A stretch of 64,000 nucleotides of DNA, from contig CAVXVB010000002.1 of assembly GCA_963765205.1 (NCBI GenBank), positions 128,001-192,000 of the forward strand, in the 5' to 3' direction. The DNA comes from an uncultured Verrucomicrobiae bacterium (GTDB lineage: Bacteria; Verrucomicrobiota; Verrucomicrobiia; Opitutales; JABDGR01). The stretch's first letter is position 1; each line of letters begins with the position of its first letter. Both the position numbers and the translations under genes were made by a program. Positions 11,757-21,801 of this stretch are shown piece after piece. The notes beneath the pieces are model-generated. The model had not been told where the DNA came from, ran no database searches, and worked only from the letters and a program-made list of their open reading frames with translations.

Positions 11757-11789
11757 AATCCTTAGAACCTGCCAACAAGCACGCCGGGC

Positions 11790-13196
<1,407 letters not shown>

Positions 13197-13461
13197 AGGG
13201 GGAAAGTGTTCCAGTTCTTGGTTTTTAAGTGCTTAATAACTGACTTGTAATGACTTGATGTGCGACTTTTTGCCCCGGTTGGTGTGGATACTTGAATCAT
13301 AACATAATCAAAATAGAGGAAAAGGAAAGCCCGGAGTGCCATTTTTTCCCACCTACTCAAATTCATTGCTGGCTGTTCGAGGTGGGCAAAGAGGACTTGA
13401 CAGCTTAACTTTGTTTCGCAAAGTCAAGGAAGCAACTATCTCAACGTCTGTAAAAAAACCC

Positions 13462-13689
13462 ATGAAACTAAACTGGTTTAAACGTTATGGTTGGTTCTAC
13501 GTTCCCATTTCTGTTCCGGGTGCCCTTGTGTGCCTGTTGGCCGGCCTGTTCTGTGTCACGGTTTTTACGGCGGTGGACCGTCATTCCCATGCGGTGAGCG
13601 ATACGTTTTATGGGATTTTTCCATACTTTGTTTGTGCTTTTCTCTTGCTTGATTGGATTGGCGGCCGGACGAGTGCAAGAGATGTTTAA
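13462..13689 (+). CDS. Small membrane protein (75 aa)
   Basis: A-rich start context and two hydrophobic segments around DRHSHAVSDT. Confidence 0.65.
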   Translation: MKLNWFKRYGWFYVPISVPGALVCLLAGLFCVTVFTAVDRHSHAVSDTFYGIFPYFVCAFLLLDWIGGRTSARDV

Positions 13690-13728
13690 AAAATCGCGGT
13701 GGTCCACACGGGTGGGCGCGCCCATCCC

Positions 13729-14799
13729 TCAAGACGCGGGGCTGGGGTCAACAATTGCTGGCGCCGGCGCGCCGAGAGAACGGGGGCTGGCGGGGGGCGG
13801 CTCAAACGGCTCGATGGTGAGCACGAGCGCGCCGGCGTCCGGGTTTTTCCAAAGCCGCCAGGTTTCGGCCAGGCGCGCGATCCACAGGCGCGGCTTGTCG
13901 GCAAAAAGTTTCCGCGCGATGGCAAATTCCTTGCCGCGCAGGGTTTTCAACCGGCGCTTGAGGCGTTTGCGCACGGGGCGGAAATTGGCGAGATCGAGGT
14001 AATGCAGCTCTCGCTCGCGCACCTGGGCGGCGAAGACGAGGTAATCGTGGTCGTCCCCCAGCAGCGCGCCCAGGCGGCGGACTTCCTTGCGCAGCCGGTG
14101 AATTTCACCCGTCGGGACATTTTCCAGAATTTCGAGCTGGTAGCCAAGGTCCTTCACGCGTTTGCGCCAGGCGTGGAAGGAATCGCCGAGGTGTCCCGCG
14201 CCGTGGTCGAGGCAGCGGTGGTATTCCTTGCGAGCGCGTCGGTAGGAGTTTTCCAGTCCGGGCGCAAGGGCCGCCCAGCCGCGCGTCGAAAAAATCAGCG
14301 TGCGAAAGCCCTCCGCCGTGCGCCGCAGGGACTTCGCGGTCTGTTCCAGGGCGAGGTCCAGGCCCTGTTTGTTTTTCGGCGGGCGATGTTTGACGCCGAG
14401 CAGCCGCGCGGCGTCCTTCATGCGCCGCGGCGCGGTGTCCTCAAACACGCGCTTGAGCGTTTCGCCCGCCACAAAGGCGTCCCGAAAGCCGGACAACAGG
14501 CGCGAGGCGTCGCGCAGGCGGAGGGTCTCGCGCTTGACCGCTTCGACATCCGTCACGGGCTTGAGCAGGCGCAGCAGCGCGCGCAGGCGCTTGCTCTGGA
14601 CGCGCACCTGGTGGATGTCCTCGGTGCGGTCGGCTTTTTTCGGATGCTCGATGCGGTGCAGCGCCGCGTGGGCGTGCCGCCGGCCCAGGCGCACCAGGCC
14701 GTTGCGCACGCTCTCGCGCCGGCGCAGCGCGTCGAAGGACTCGGCGGGCGCTTTCGCGGGCTGGGCGCGGGCGGCGGGTGTGGGTGTCGCAGCAGGCAT
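13729..14799 (-). CDS. CHAD domain protein
   Basis: IHQVRVQSKRLRALLRL, FHAWRKRVKDLGYQLE and LGDDHD motifs. Confidence 0.9.
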   Translation of the reverse strand: MPAATPTPAARAQPAKAPAESFDALRRRESVRNGLVRLGRRHAHAALHRIEHPKKADRTEDIHQVRVQSKRLRALLRLLKPVTDVEAVKRETLRLRDASRLLSGFRDAFVAGETLKRVFEDTAPRRMKDAARLLGVKHRPPKNKQGLDLALEQTAKSLRRTAEGFRTLIFSTRGWAALAPGLENSYRRARKEYHRCLDHGAGHLGDSFHAWRKRVKDLGYQLEILENVPTGEIHRLRKEVRRLGALLGDDHDYLVFAAQVRERELHYLDLANFRPVRKRLKRRLKTLRGKEFAIARKLFADKPRLWIARLAETWRLWKNPDAGALVLTIEPFEPPPASPRSLGAPAPAIVDPSPAS

Positions 14800-15016
14800 G
14801 GGCGCGGGAGATGGGGGGCGAACGATAAGTAAAAGCCCCCGGCGGATGTCCCGGCAAGGGAAATTCACCCAAACGCCATAAATGTAACAATCAGGACCTG
14901 TCATCACGCGACCAAAATCAGGCCCCGGATAGGGGCAATAATAAGGTTGTTATATCTGGGCCGAGTTCGCTTAATGGCTGTTTGCCAAGCCCCACCACTG
15001 CACTCCCTTCGTTACC

Positions 15017-15391
15017 ATGAACGCAAATTACCCCCGCAATTATAAACTCCAGATTTTTCTAATCGGACTGCTGGCCTGCGCCGGCCTGGCCGGTTGCTCG
15101 GTGGACATGTCGTCCCACGTGGAAACCACGGGCACCTTTATCGGGCCCCAGACCCTCCAGCAAATCCAACCCGGCAAGTCGAAGGACTTTGTCGAGGCGT
15201 TGATCGGCGAGCCCACCCGCAAGGACAAAGTCACCGACACTGACGAAATCTGGCGCTGGGTCTATGTGGAAAAGCACATCGCCAACGGCAACGCCGCCTT
15301 GTTCACCGGCACCGCCTCGAACACCGAAAACACCCACACCACCTTCGTCGAATTCAAGAACGGCGTGGTGGACCACGCGTGGAGCCAATAG
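15017..15391 (+). CDS. SmpA/OmlA (BamE-like) outer-membrane lipoprotein
   Basis: Lipobox LAGC and I.PGKSKDFVEALIGEP...W.WVY. Confidence 0.75.
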   Translation: MNANYPRNYKLQIFLIGLLACAGLAGCSVDMSSHVETTGTFIGPQTLQQIQPGKSKDFVEALIGEPTRKDKVTDTDEIWRWVYVEKHIANGNAALFTGTASNTENTHTTFVEFKNGVVDHAWSQ

Positions 15392-15429
15392 CGGGTAAAA
15401 GTTATGGTGGGGTTGTTTGATCTAGCTTT

Positions 15430-15460
15430 TCGTAGCGCGGGCTGAAGCACCGCGCTACGA
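15430..15460. repeat. GTAG-type REP hairpin
   Basis: TCGTAGCGCGG-gctgaagca-CCGCGCTACGA; same family as the copies at 16701-16776 and 40949-40976. Confidence 0.8.
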
Positions 15461-15557
15461 AGAATCGGACGACAGGTTTTTTTATCTCGTAACGACTGCG
15501 CGTGAATCTGAATTAAACAAGTTTCCACTCCGCGCGCGTCTCCTTTATAAGGTGCTC

Positions 15558-16097
15558 ATGCCGGCCGACCTCGCCCGCCTCTACGACGACCATGCCCGGG
15601 CGTTGCTGGCGTTTGCCTGGAACCTGACCCGCAGCGAGGCCGACGCCCGCGATATCTTGCAGGAGGTTTTTTGCCGCCTGGCCGCCCGGCCGGAGGTGCT
15701 CGCCGACGTGCGCAGCGAGCGCGCGTTTTTGCTGCGGCTGGCCCACAACCAGGCCATTGACGTGATGCGCCGCCGCGCCACGCGCGAAAAAACCGGCGCG
15801 GCCTCCGCCATCGAAGACCGTGTCGGCCATCCCTTCGCCGCCAGCGCGCGGGCGGACGAGGAGGGCTTTCGCCGCGCGCTGGCGGCGGCGCTGGCCGAGC
15901 TGCCGCCCGAGCAGCGGGCCGTCGCCCACCTCAAATTGTGGGAAAACGCGACCTTTGAGGAAATCGGCGAGACCCTCGGCATCCCGCCCAACACCGCCGC
16001 CAGCCGCTACCGCTACGCGATAGACAAATTGCGCGCCCGGCTGCGTCCCCTTTACCACGAGATCAAAAATTCATGGACGACTTCGAACAATTCCTGA
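15558..16097 (+). CDS. ECF RNA polymerase sigma factor
   Basis: DARDILQEVF in region 2; LPPEQRAV...TFEEIGETLGIPPNTAASRYRYA in region 4. Confidence 0.93.
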   Translation: MPADLARLYDDHARALLAFAWNLTRSEADARDILQEVFCRLAARPEVLADVRSERAFLLRLAHNQAIDVMRRRATREKTGAASAIEDRVGHPFAASARADEEGFRRALAAALAELPPEQRAVAHLKLWENATFEEIGETLGIPPNTAASRYRYAIDKLRARLRPLYHEIKNSWTTSNNS

Positions 16098-16504
16098 CCA
16101 GCCAGCCCCTGCGCGACGTGCCCCAAGCCTGGCGCGCGAAAATCCTCGCGACTGCGACCGCAACGGCCCGCGAGATGCCGCCGCCATCCGCCGCCGGGCC
16201 ATGGTGGCGCGCCTGGCTCTGGCCCTCGCCCTACGCCTGGGCCGCGCTCGCCGCCGCGTGGCTGGTGATTTTCGGGCTGAATTTTGCCACGCAAGCCGGG
16301 AGCAACCACGCCGGGCCGCGCGATCCCGCCTTGAGCGACCAGCAGATTTACGCCCTGCTCGCCGAACGCCGCCAACTGGAAGAATTATACTCCCAGATGA
16401 ATGCGCCGCCCGCACCGCCCACACTGCCACCTTCCGTCAAACTGCCAACCTCTCCGGGCGCCTCGCTAGATCGGCCCAAACCAGAAACCCATCCACTCGC
16501 CTGA
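16073..16504 (+). CDS. Putative single-TM anti-sigma factor
   Basis: Overlaps the sigma gene; central TM AWAALAAAWLVIFGL. Confidence 0.7.
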   Translation: MDDFEQFLTSQPLRDVPQAWRAKILATATATAREMPPPSAAGPWWRAWLWPSPYAWAALAAAWLVIFGLNFATQAGSNHAGPRDPALSDQQIYALLAERRQLEELYSQMNAPPAPPTLPPSVKLPTSPGASLDRPKPETHPLA

Positions 16505-16566
16505 CCCCACTTCTCAAACATATTTAAACCATGCCACGACCAAACGCACAACCTAAGGGATCGGAC

Positions 16567-16874
16567 TTCTTCCGTCCCGGGGAGCGCGGGCGTCCCGCCC
16601 GCAGTCCTCGGCGTCCAGCCGAGGACATCTTCGAAGGGCCGCACCGGTTTCCCCAATCGCCTATTTGGGTTAAAACCCATGAATCAATTTGACCAACCTT
16701 CCGTAGCGCGGTGCTTTAGCCCGCGCTCTGGAATATTCGTCAGGCCAACAGCGCGGACTAAAGCACCGCGCTACGGGTCAAACCAGTTGTAAAACACAAC
16801 TTCGTTTGGCCGGAAGCGGTCGGCGAGACGCCGACCGCAGCGGGCGGGACGCCCGCGCTCCCCGGGACGAAGAA
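16567..16874. repeat. Nested REPIN structure (GGAG-type outer pair enclosing a GTAG-type inner pair)
   Basis: Outer inverted arms CGTCCCGGGGAGCGCGGGCGTCCCGCCCGC (~16573-16602 and 16840-16869). Inner arms GTAGCGCGGTGCTTTAG.CCGCGC (16703-16726 and 16751-16774). Confidence 0.88.
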
Positions 16875-16919
16875 CCCTACATCCGAAAATCCAATAACAA
16901 TTGAAGATTGATCTACCCC

Positions 16920-18440
16920 ATGAAATTCTCCGAAAAAATTCCGACCTTCACCCGATTCGGCCGTTTGCTCTCGAAAGGGGCGCGAAAATTGGCCCGACCG
17001 TTTTTTTTCTCGACTGTGTGCGTGGTGACGCTGGTGGCGCTGATCATCGCGGAGGAGACCTACCGCACCGCCAAGGCTTGGGAGAATTATCAGGCAGCAG
17101 CGAAGGCGCGGGGTGAAAAATTGACCTTGGCAGAATTTTCCCCACCGGCGGTGCCCGACGACCAGAATTTTGCGATGACGCCGCTGCTCAAGCCGTTTTT
17201 TTCAGATCCCAGCTATGGAGACCAATTGCAAAAGAGGCTGAGTCTGGATATTTCCGAGGAATCTGATCTATATACGACACTTTTGCCCGAAGAATTTAGC
17301 CAGTGGGAGAGAGGCGAACAGATGGATCTGAGAAAATGGGTGGCTTTTTTTCAGCGACCAGATGTTTTGGCCGAGTTAAAAAAGCATGAGGCCGATATGG
17401 CGGAGATTAGCGCCGCTCTCCTCCGGCCCTATTCGCGTTTCCCTTTCCATTACGACAACCTCACAACGTTGGGCATGGGTTTTAGCCTCCACGGTCGGAG
17501 CCTGATGTCCTTATCCCGATTATTTCAGTTGCGGTGTTTTGCCGAACTCGTTGAGGGAAAAAACGACGAGGCGCTGGCGGATACCTTGACGCTGCTCCGA
17601 CTTTCCCAGGCCAACCGGGATGAGCCTCTGATTGTTTCTCAAGTCTATTCAGATTTCAATTTGGAAATGGGTTTGCAAATCGCCTGGGAAGGCTTGGCAA
17701 CGCACCGCTGGACAGACGCCCAGCTCGCAACGTTGCAACAAGAAATCCAAAAAATTGATCTGTTTCCGCAATTTTTGCGGGCGGAACAAAGTGAAAGGGC
17801 GTATTTCTGCGATTGGCTGGTTTCGTTCAGCCAGCAGACGTGGTCAGATCGAATGAGTATGTTCAAAGATTCGTGGGACAACGCCGGGATTCATTTACAG
17901 GCTGTCATCTTGTTATCTCTATCGCGGGTGGGCATCTCTCGGGCACTGGTCGTGGGAAATACTTGGTATGAGTTGGTTTTCCGCATCATCAATGTGGCTG
18001 ACCGCCGCTTCGACCTTGAGCAGATGAAGGCGAGCATGTTGGAATCCAAACAAGGGAACACTGCATACGGTTATTTAATCCAGGGAAACCCTCTTCTGGA
18101 TAACCCATCTCTGTACAATGTTGATCGTGACATGGTCAAATTTGCATACACACAATCTTCATTGGATGAGGCTGCGGTTGCCTGCGCGCTGGAACGCTAC
18201 CGTCTTGCGGAAGGGTCGTATCCGGAGAAATTGGAGGAGCTTTCGCCGCAATTTATCGCCAAACTGCCACACGATGACGTGAGCGGTGAGCCTTTGCATT
18301 ACCATCGCACACCGAATGGGCAATTTATGCTCTATTCCGTCGGCTGGGTCGGGAAAGATCTCGGTGGGGCTGTTGACCCCAAAAGCCAGCAGGGCTACAT
18401 AGATGGCGGCAACTGGGTCTGGCAATATCCGGCACCATGA
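16920..18440 (+). CDS. Membrane-anchored hypothetical protein with a GspG-like C-terminal motif
   Basis: N-terminal TM; C-terminal ALERYRLAEGSYPEKLEEL..LPHD..SGEPLHY..FMLYSVG. Confidence 0.7.
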   Translation: MKFSEKIPTFTRFGRLLSKGARKLARPFFFSTVCVVTLVALIIAEETYRTAKAWENYQAAAKARGEKLTLAEFSPPAVPDDQNFAMTPLLKPFFSDPSYGDQLQKRLSLDISEESDLYTTLLPEEFSQWERGEQMDLRKWVAFFQRPDVLAELKKHEADMAEISAALLRPYSRFPFHYDNLTTLGMGFSLHGRSLMSLSRLFQLRCFAELVEGKNDEALADTLTLLRLSQANRDEPLIVSQVYSDFNLEMGLQIAWEGLATHRWTDAQLATLQQEIQKIDLFPQFLRAEQSERAYFCDWLVSFSQQTWSDRMSMFKDSWDNAGIHLQAVILLSLSRVGISRALVVGNTWYELVFRIINVADRRFDLEQMKASMLESKQGNTAYGYLIQGNPLLDNPSLYNVDRDMVKFAYTQSSLDEAAVACALERYRLAEGSYPEKLEELSPQFIAKLPHDDVSGEPLHYHRTPNGQFMLYSVGWVGKDLGGAVDPKSQQGYIDGGNWVWQYPAP

Positions 18441-18451
18441 GCGCGGCCGCC

Positions 18452-19237
18452 TCACGCCTCAAATTCAATCTCCAATAGCACGGGGCAATGATCCGATAAA
18501 TAGGCCTTGAGGACTTCGCAGCGGCAGACGCGGTAGGGTTTTGGCAGCAAGATGAAGTCCAGCCCGCGGCTGGGGAGGTGGGCGGGGAAGGTCTTCGCCT
18601 TCGGCGGCGGCCAGATTTCGTAGTCGCCGTGCTTGAGCAGCGCGGTGAAGAGATGGCGCACGGCGTCGCCGACGAGGCGCGATCCGGTGTTGAAGTCGCC
18701 GCAAATAATCGGCGCGACGAGCCGGCCGCGCGGGCAGCCGGGGTGGGGCCGCGCGCGCAGGTATTCAATCACTTTTTCCACCTGCTCGATGCGGCGCTGG
18801 CGCGACCGGTAATCAAGATGCAGGTTGATGATCGGCAGCGCGTGGCCGGCAACATCCACCTCGGCATACAAAAAACCTTTTTCGCCGAGCGTCTTCGTGC
18901 CGAAGGGATTGTTCTCCCACAAGCGTACAGGGTGGCGCGAGAGGAAGGCGTTGCCGTAGGCGAGCGGCTTGCCGCCCCCGCGGCGGTTGTTCACGCCGAG
19001 GCAGCAGTGGGGCAGGCCCGTCTCGCGGCGCAGCGCGTGCAACAGGTTGATGCGCTTGTTCCAATGCGAGTCTTCGTCCACTTCCTGGAGCGCGACCACG
19101 TCGGCGCCGCTGTGTGTGAGCAAATTTCCGATGCGCGCGAGGTTCGTGCCGATGCCGCGCGCGGTGTGAAAGCCTTGATACAGCGACAACCCCCGCCCGT
19201 GGGCGATGTTGAAGGTCACCAGAGTAAGCCGGGCCAT
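18452..19237 (-). CDS. Endonuclease/exonuclease/phosphatase family protein
   Basis: TFNI, VALQEVD, CGDFN, LDFIL and SDHCP motifs. Confidence 0.93.
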   Translation of the reverse strand: MARLTLVTFNIAHGRGLSLYQGFHTARGIGTNLARIGNLLTHSGADVVALQEVDEDSHWNKRINLLHALRRETGLPHCCLGVNNRRGGGKPLAYGNAFLSRHPVRLWENNPFGTKTLGEKGFLYAEVDVAGHALPIINLHLDYRSRQRRIEQVEKVIEYLRARPHPGCPRGRLVAPIICGDFNTGSRLVGDAVRHLFTALLKHGDYEIWPPPKAKTFPAHLPSRGLDFILLPKPYRVCRCEVLKAYLSDHCPVLLEIEFEA

Positions 19238-19251
19238 GGGGGAAGGCGGTA

Positions 19252-19375
19252 AATTCTGATTTCTGAATGCTGAATTCCAAAGCCTGTTTCCTCAATCAAG
19301 ACACAAATCAATCGCAGATGCCTAAGAATGCCTCAAACAAGGGCATTCAGCAATCAGAATTCAGCATTCAGAATT
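19252..19375. repeat. Inverted tandem heptamer arms (AATTCTG/AATGCTG vs CAGAATT/CAGCATT)
   Basis: About four units in each arm, in opposite orientation, with a ~65 bp spacer. Confidence 0.8.
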
Positions 19376-19427
19376 CCGCGCAATTTCGGTCTCGAAATTG
19401 CGCCCCTCCCGGTCTATCGTCTGCCGC

Positions 19428-19763
19428 ATGGCTTTGGCTTTCCGGGATTTTTCACCCCATCTTTTATCCGCACCCCGCCGCGGCGTGACCCCGCAATGGG
19501 AGCCTTTGACCGGCGTGGTCGCACGCGCCAGCCAATGGCTCGAGTCCGCCGGCCTGCGCGCCGTGAGTGTCGAGACGCTCCTTTTGCCCATCGGCAAGAA
19601 CGCTTCGCCCAATTCCGCCGCCGGCTCCAGTGTCGAGCGCTGGGACGAGGATCATCTCTGGCTGCAAGTGGTGCGCGTGTGGCACGAAGCCCCCTCGGCG
19701 GGCGCGCCGCCCGTGCCCCCGCCCGCGCCCGGCCGCGTTCTGTCCGGCGGCCCGCTCTTGTAA
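19428..19763 (+). CDS. Hypothetical protein
   Basis: Fills the gap between genes; protein-like sequence (FRDFSP...SVETLLLP...LQVVRVW). Confidence 0.65.
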   Translation: MALAFRDFSPHLLSAPRRGVTPQWEPLTGVVARASQWLESAGLRAVSVETLLLPIGKNASPNSAAGSSVERWDEDHLWLQVVRVWHEAPSAGAPPVPPPAPGRVLSGGPLL

Positions 19764-19824
19764 AATTTCCCGTTCACAGCGAACGCGTTGGTTTCGCTTC
19801 GGGGAGCGCGTCTGCTCATCCCCG

Positions 19825-20832
19825 TCACAAGAACATTTCGGGTTTGGCCTCATCACTTTCGGTGTTTTCCGCCAACGTGTGGCGGGTGATTTCCGGCGGG
19901 CAAAAGAAGCGGGCGGCGACGTTGCTCGCGCCCGCCCCCGCGCTCGTGTAGCCGGACAGGCCCCGATAGCCCCACGTCCCGCGCAGCAACCAGCGTGGCG
20001 TCTCCGAACAATACAAGGCGAGGCCGCCCGGCAGGCAAATCTGCCCACCGTGCGTGTGGCCGCTGAGGACGCCGGCAAAACCCAGTTCGGCGGTGGCGCG
20101 GTAGGTTGCGGGCGTGTGCGAAAGCAGGAGCGCGCAGGTGTCGCGGGGCACCGCCGCGCGCGCGCGGGCGAGGTCGGCGGTGTGGTAGGTGTGGTCGTCG
20201 TCCACGCCCGCGATCCACAATTCCGCCCCGTTATGGTGCCACGGCGCGGCCTCGTTCAGCAACACCCGCCAGCCCAGCGCTTCGAGGCCCGGCACCATTT
20301 CCAACGGGTCGTGATTGCCCAGCACGGCGAAGGCGGGAACATTCGCCCGCAGCGCCTGCGCGATGGCGCCGCAACCCGCGAGCGCATTTTGCCATTCGTG
20401 CCGGGTGTGCGCGCGATAATCGCCGGTCAGCACGACGGCGTCATAGTCCCAGCCGGTCAGCGCGCGCACGACGGCGGGCACAATGCCGGGGTCAATATCA
20501 ACGTGCAGGTCGCTCAGGTGCAGCAAGCGCGCGCCACGCAACGCCGTCGGCAAACCGCGCAGGCGCAGGACATTTTCCCGGCGCTGGATGGCGAGCAGGT
20601 TGCGCCTGCCCCAGCCGGCCAGCCCGGTGAGGCGCAAAATTTTCGCGAGCAAGTTGGCCCGCCGCACGATGTGCTGGAGGTTGACCGGGCCGGCTTCGGC
20701 GGACTTTGGGTCGGCCTCAATCATCCGCTGCATCGCCACCCGGTGCGCAAATATCGCCGGGCCGAGCCGCGCAGCTAGCGCGGCCTGCTCGGATGCCGAC
20801 AGGTCCGGCAAAGATGGAAGGGGCGTGGCCAC
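19825..20832 (-). CDS. Metallophosphoesterase (YkuE-like)
   Basis: SDLH, TGDY, LGNHD and SGHTHGGQI motifs. Confidence 0.93.
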   Translation of the reverse strand: MATPLPSLPDLSASEQAALAARLGPAIFAHRVAMQRMIEADPKSAEAGPVNLQHIVRRANLLAKILRLTGLAGWGRRNLLAIQRRENVLRLRGLPTALRGARLLHLSDLHVDIDPGIVPAVVRALTGWDYDAVVLTGDYRAHTRHEWQNALAGCGAIAQALRANVPAFAVLGNHDPLEMVPGLEALGWRVLLNEAAPWHHNGAELWIAGVDDDHTYHTADLARARAAVPRDTCALLLSHTPATYRATAELGFAGVLSGHTHGGQICLPGGLALYCSETPRWLLRGTWGYRGLSGYTSAGAGASNVAARFFCPPEITRHTLAENTESDEAKPEMFL

Positions 20833-20932
20833 GGGCGGGTGGAGAAACTGCCAGCCCGCGCGGCGCTTGCCAATGGCAAACCGCGCATTTTGGCCTTGCG
20901 GCGGGCGGGCAATTTTCCGCTATGCTCCAGCC

Positions 20933-21778
20933 ATGTTTAACCTGGCTCCCTGGCTTGCGCAAACGGACATTTTCCAGTTTTCCGAGTATTACACGCAGTT
21001 CATGCACTACCTGCCGAAGCTGGGCAAGGGCCTGCTCGTGCTGGCGGTGGGCTGGTGGCTGGCCGGGCGCATCAAGGTGTTTTTCAAAAAGATCATGGTC
21101 GCGCGCCATGTGGACGTGACGCTGACCACCTTTCTGTCCAAGTTCTGCTACTGGCTGCTCATCGTGGTGGTGCTGATCATGGCCTTGAGCGAGGCCGACC
21201 CCACCATCACCTCGCCGCTCACTGGCATGTTGGCCGCCAGCACCCTCGCCGTGGGGCTGGCGCTGCAAGGCTTCCTCTCGAATTTTGCCGCCGGCGTGCT
21301 GATTATCCTGCTGCGCCATTTCCGCGTCGGCGACTCGATCCAGGCCGCCGGCGTCTCCGGCACCGTCGAGGAAATCAGCATCTTCAACACCTGCCTCGTC
21401 ACCGACGACAACCGGAAAATCATCGTGCCGAATGGCCAAATCCTCGCCGCGCCCATCATCAACTCCAGCGCGAAACCATTGCGCCGGCTCGATCTGGCGT
21501 TCCGCATCAGCTACGAATCCGACCTCAAGCAGGCCAAGGTCATCCTGCTCACCTGCCTGCAAAACGACATCCGCGCGCTGCCCAACCCGCCCCCGTCGGT
21601 GAGCGTCACCAAACTCGGCGAAAATGCGGTGGAATTGACCACGCACGTCTGGATGGCCAGCGGTGACTACGACGCGCTCAACAGCCACCTGCTGGAGGAC
21701 GTGAAACTTCGTTTCGACGAAGCCGGCATCGTCATCCCCTGTCCCCAACGCGAAGTCCACTTGCGCCCGGCGAAGTGA
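20933..21778 (+). CDS. mscS: Small-conductance mechanosensitive channel
   Basis: LAVGLALQGFLSNFAAG, FRVGD.I, IVPNG and IP.PQREVH motifs. Confidence 0.92.
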   Translation: MFNLAPWLAQTDIFQFSEYYTQFMHYLPKLGKGLLVLAVGWWLAGRIKVFFKKIMVARHVDVTLTTFLSKFCYWLLIVVVLIMALSEADPTITSPLTGMLAASTLAVGLALQGFLSNFAAGVLIILLRHFRVGDSIQAAGVSGTVEEISIFNTCLVTDDNRKIIVPNGQILAAPIINSSAKPLRRLDLAFRISYESDLKQAKVILLTCLQNDIRALPNPPPSVSVTKLGENAVELTTHVWMASGDYDALNSHLLEDVKLRFDEAGIVIPCPQREVHLRPAK

Positions 21779-21801
21779 GGCCGGGCTTGGCCGAAGATTA
21801 A

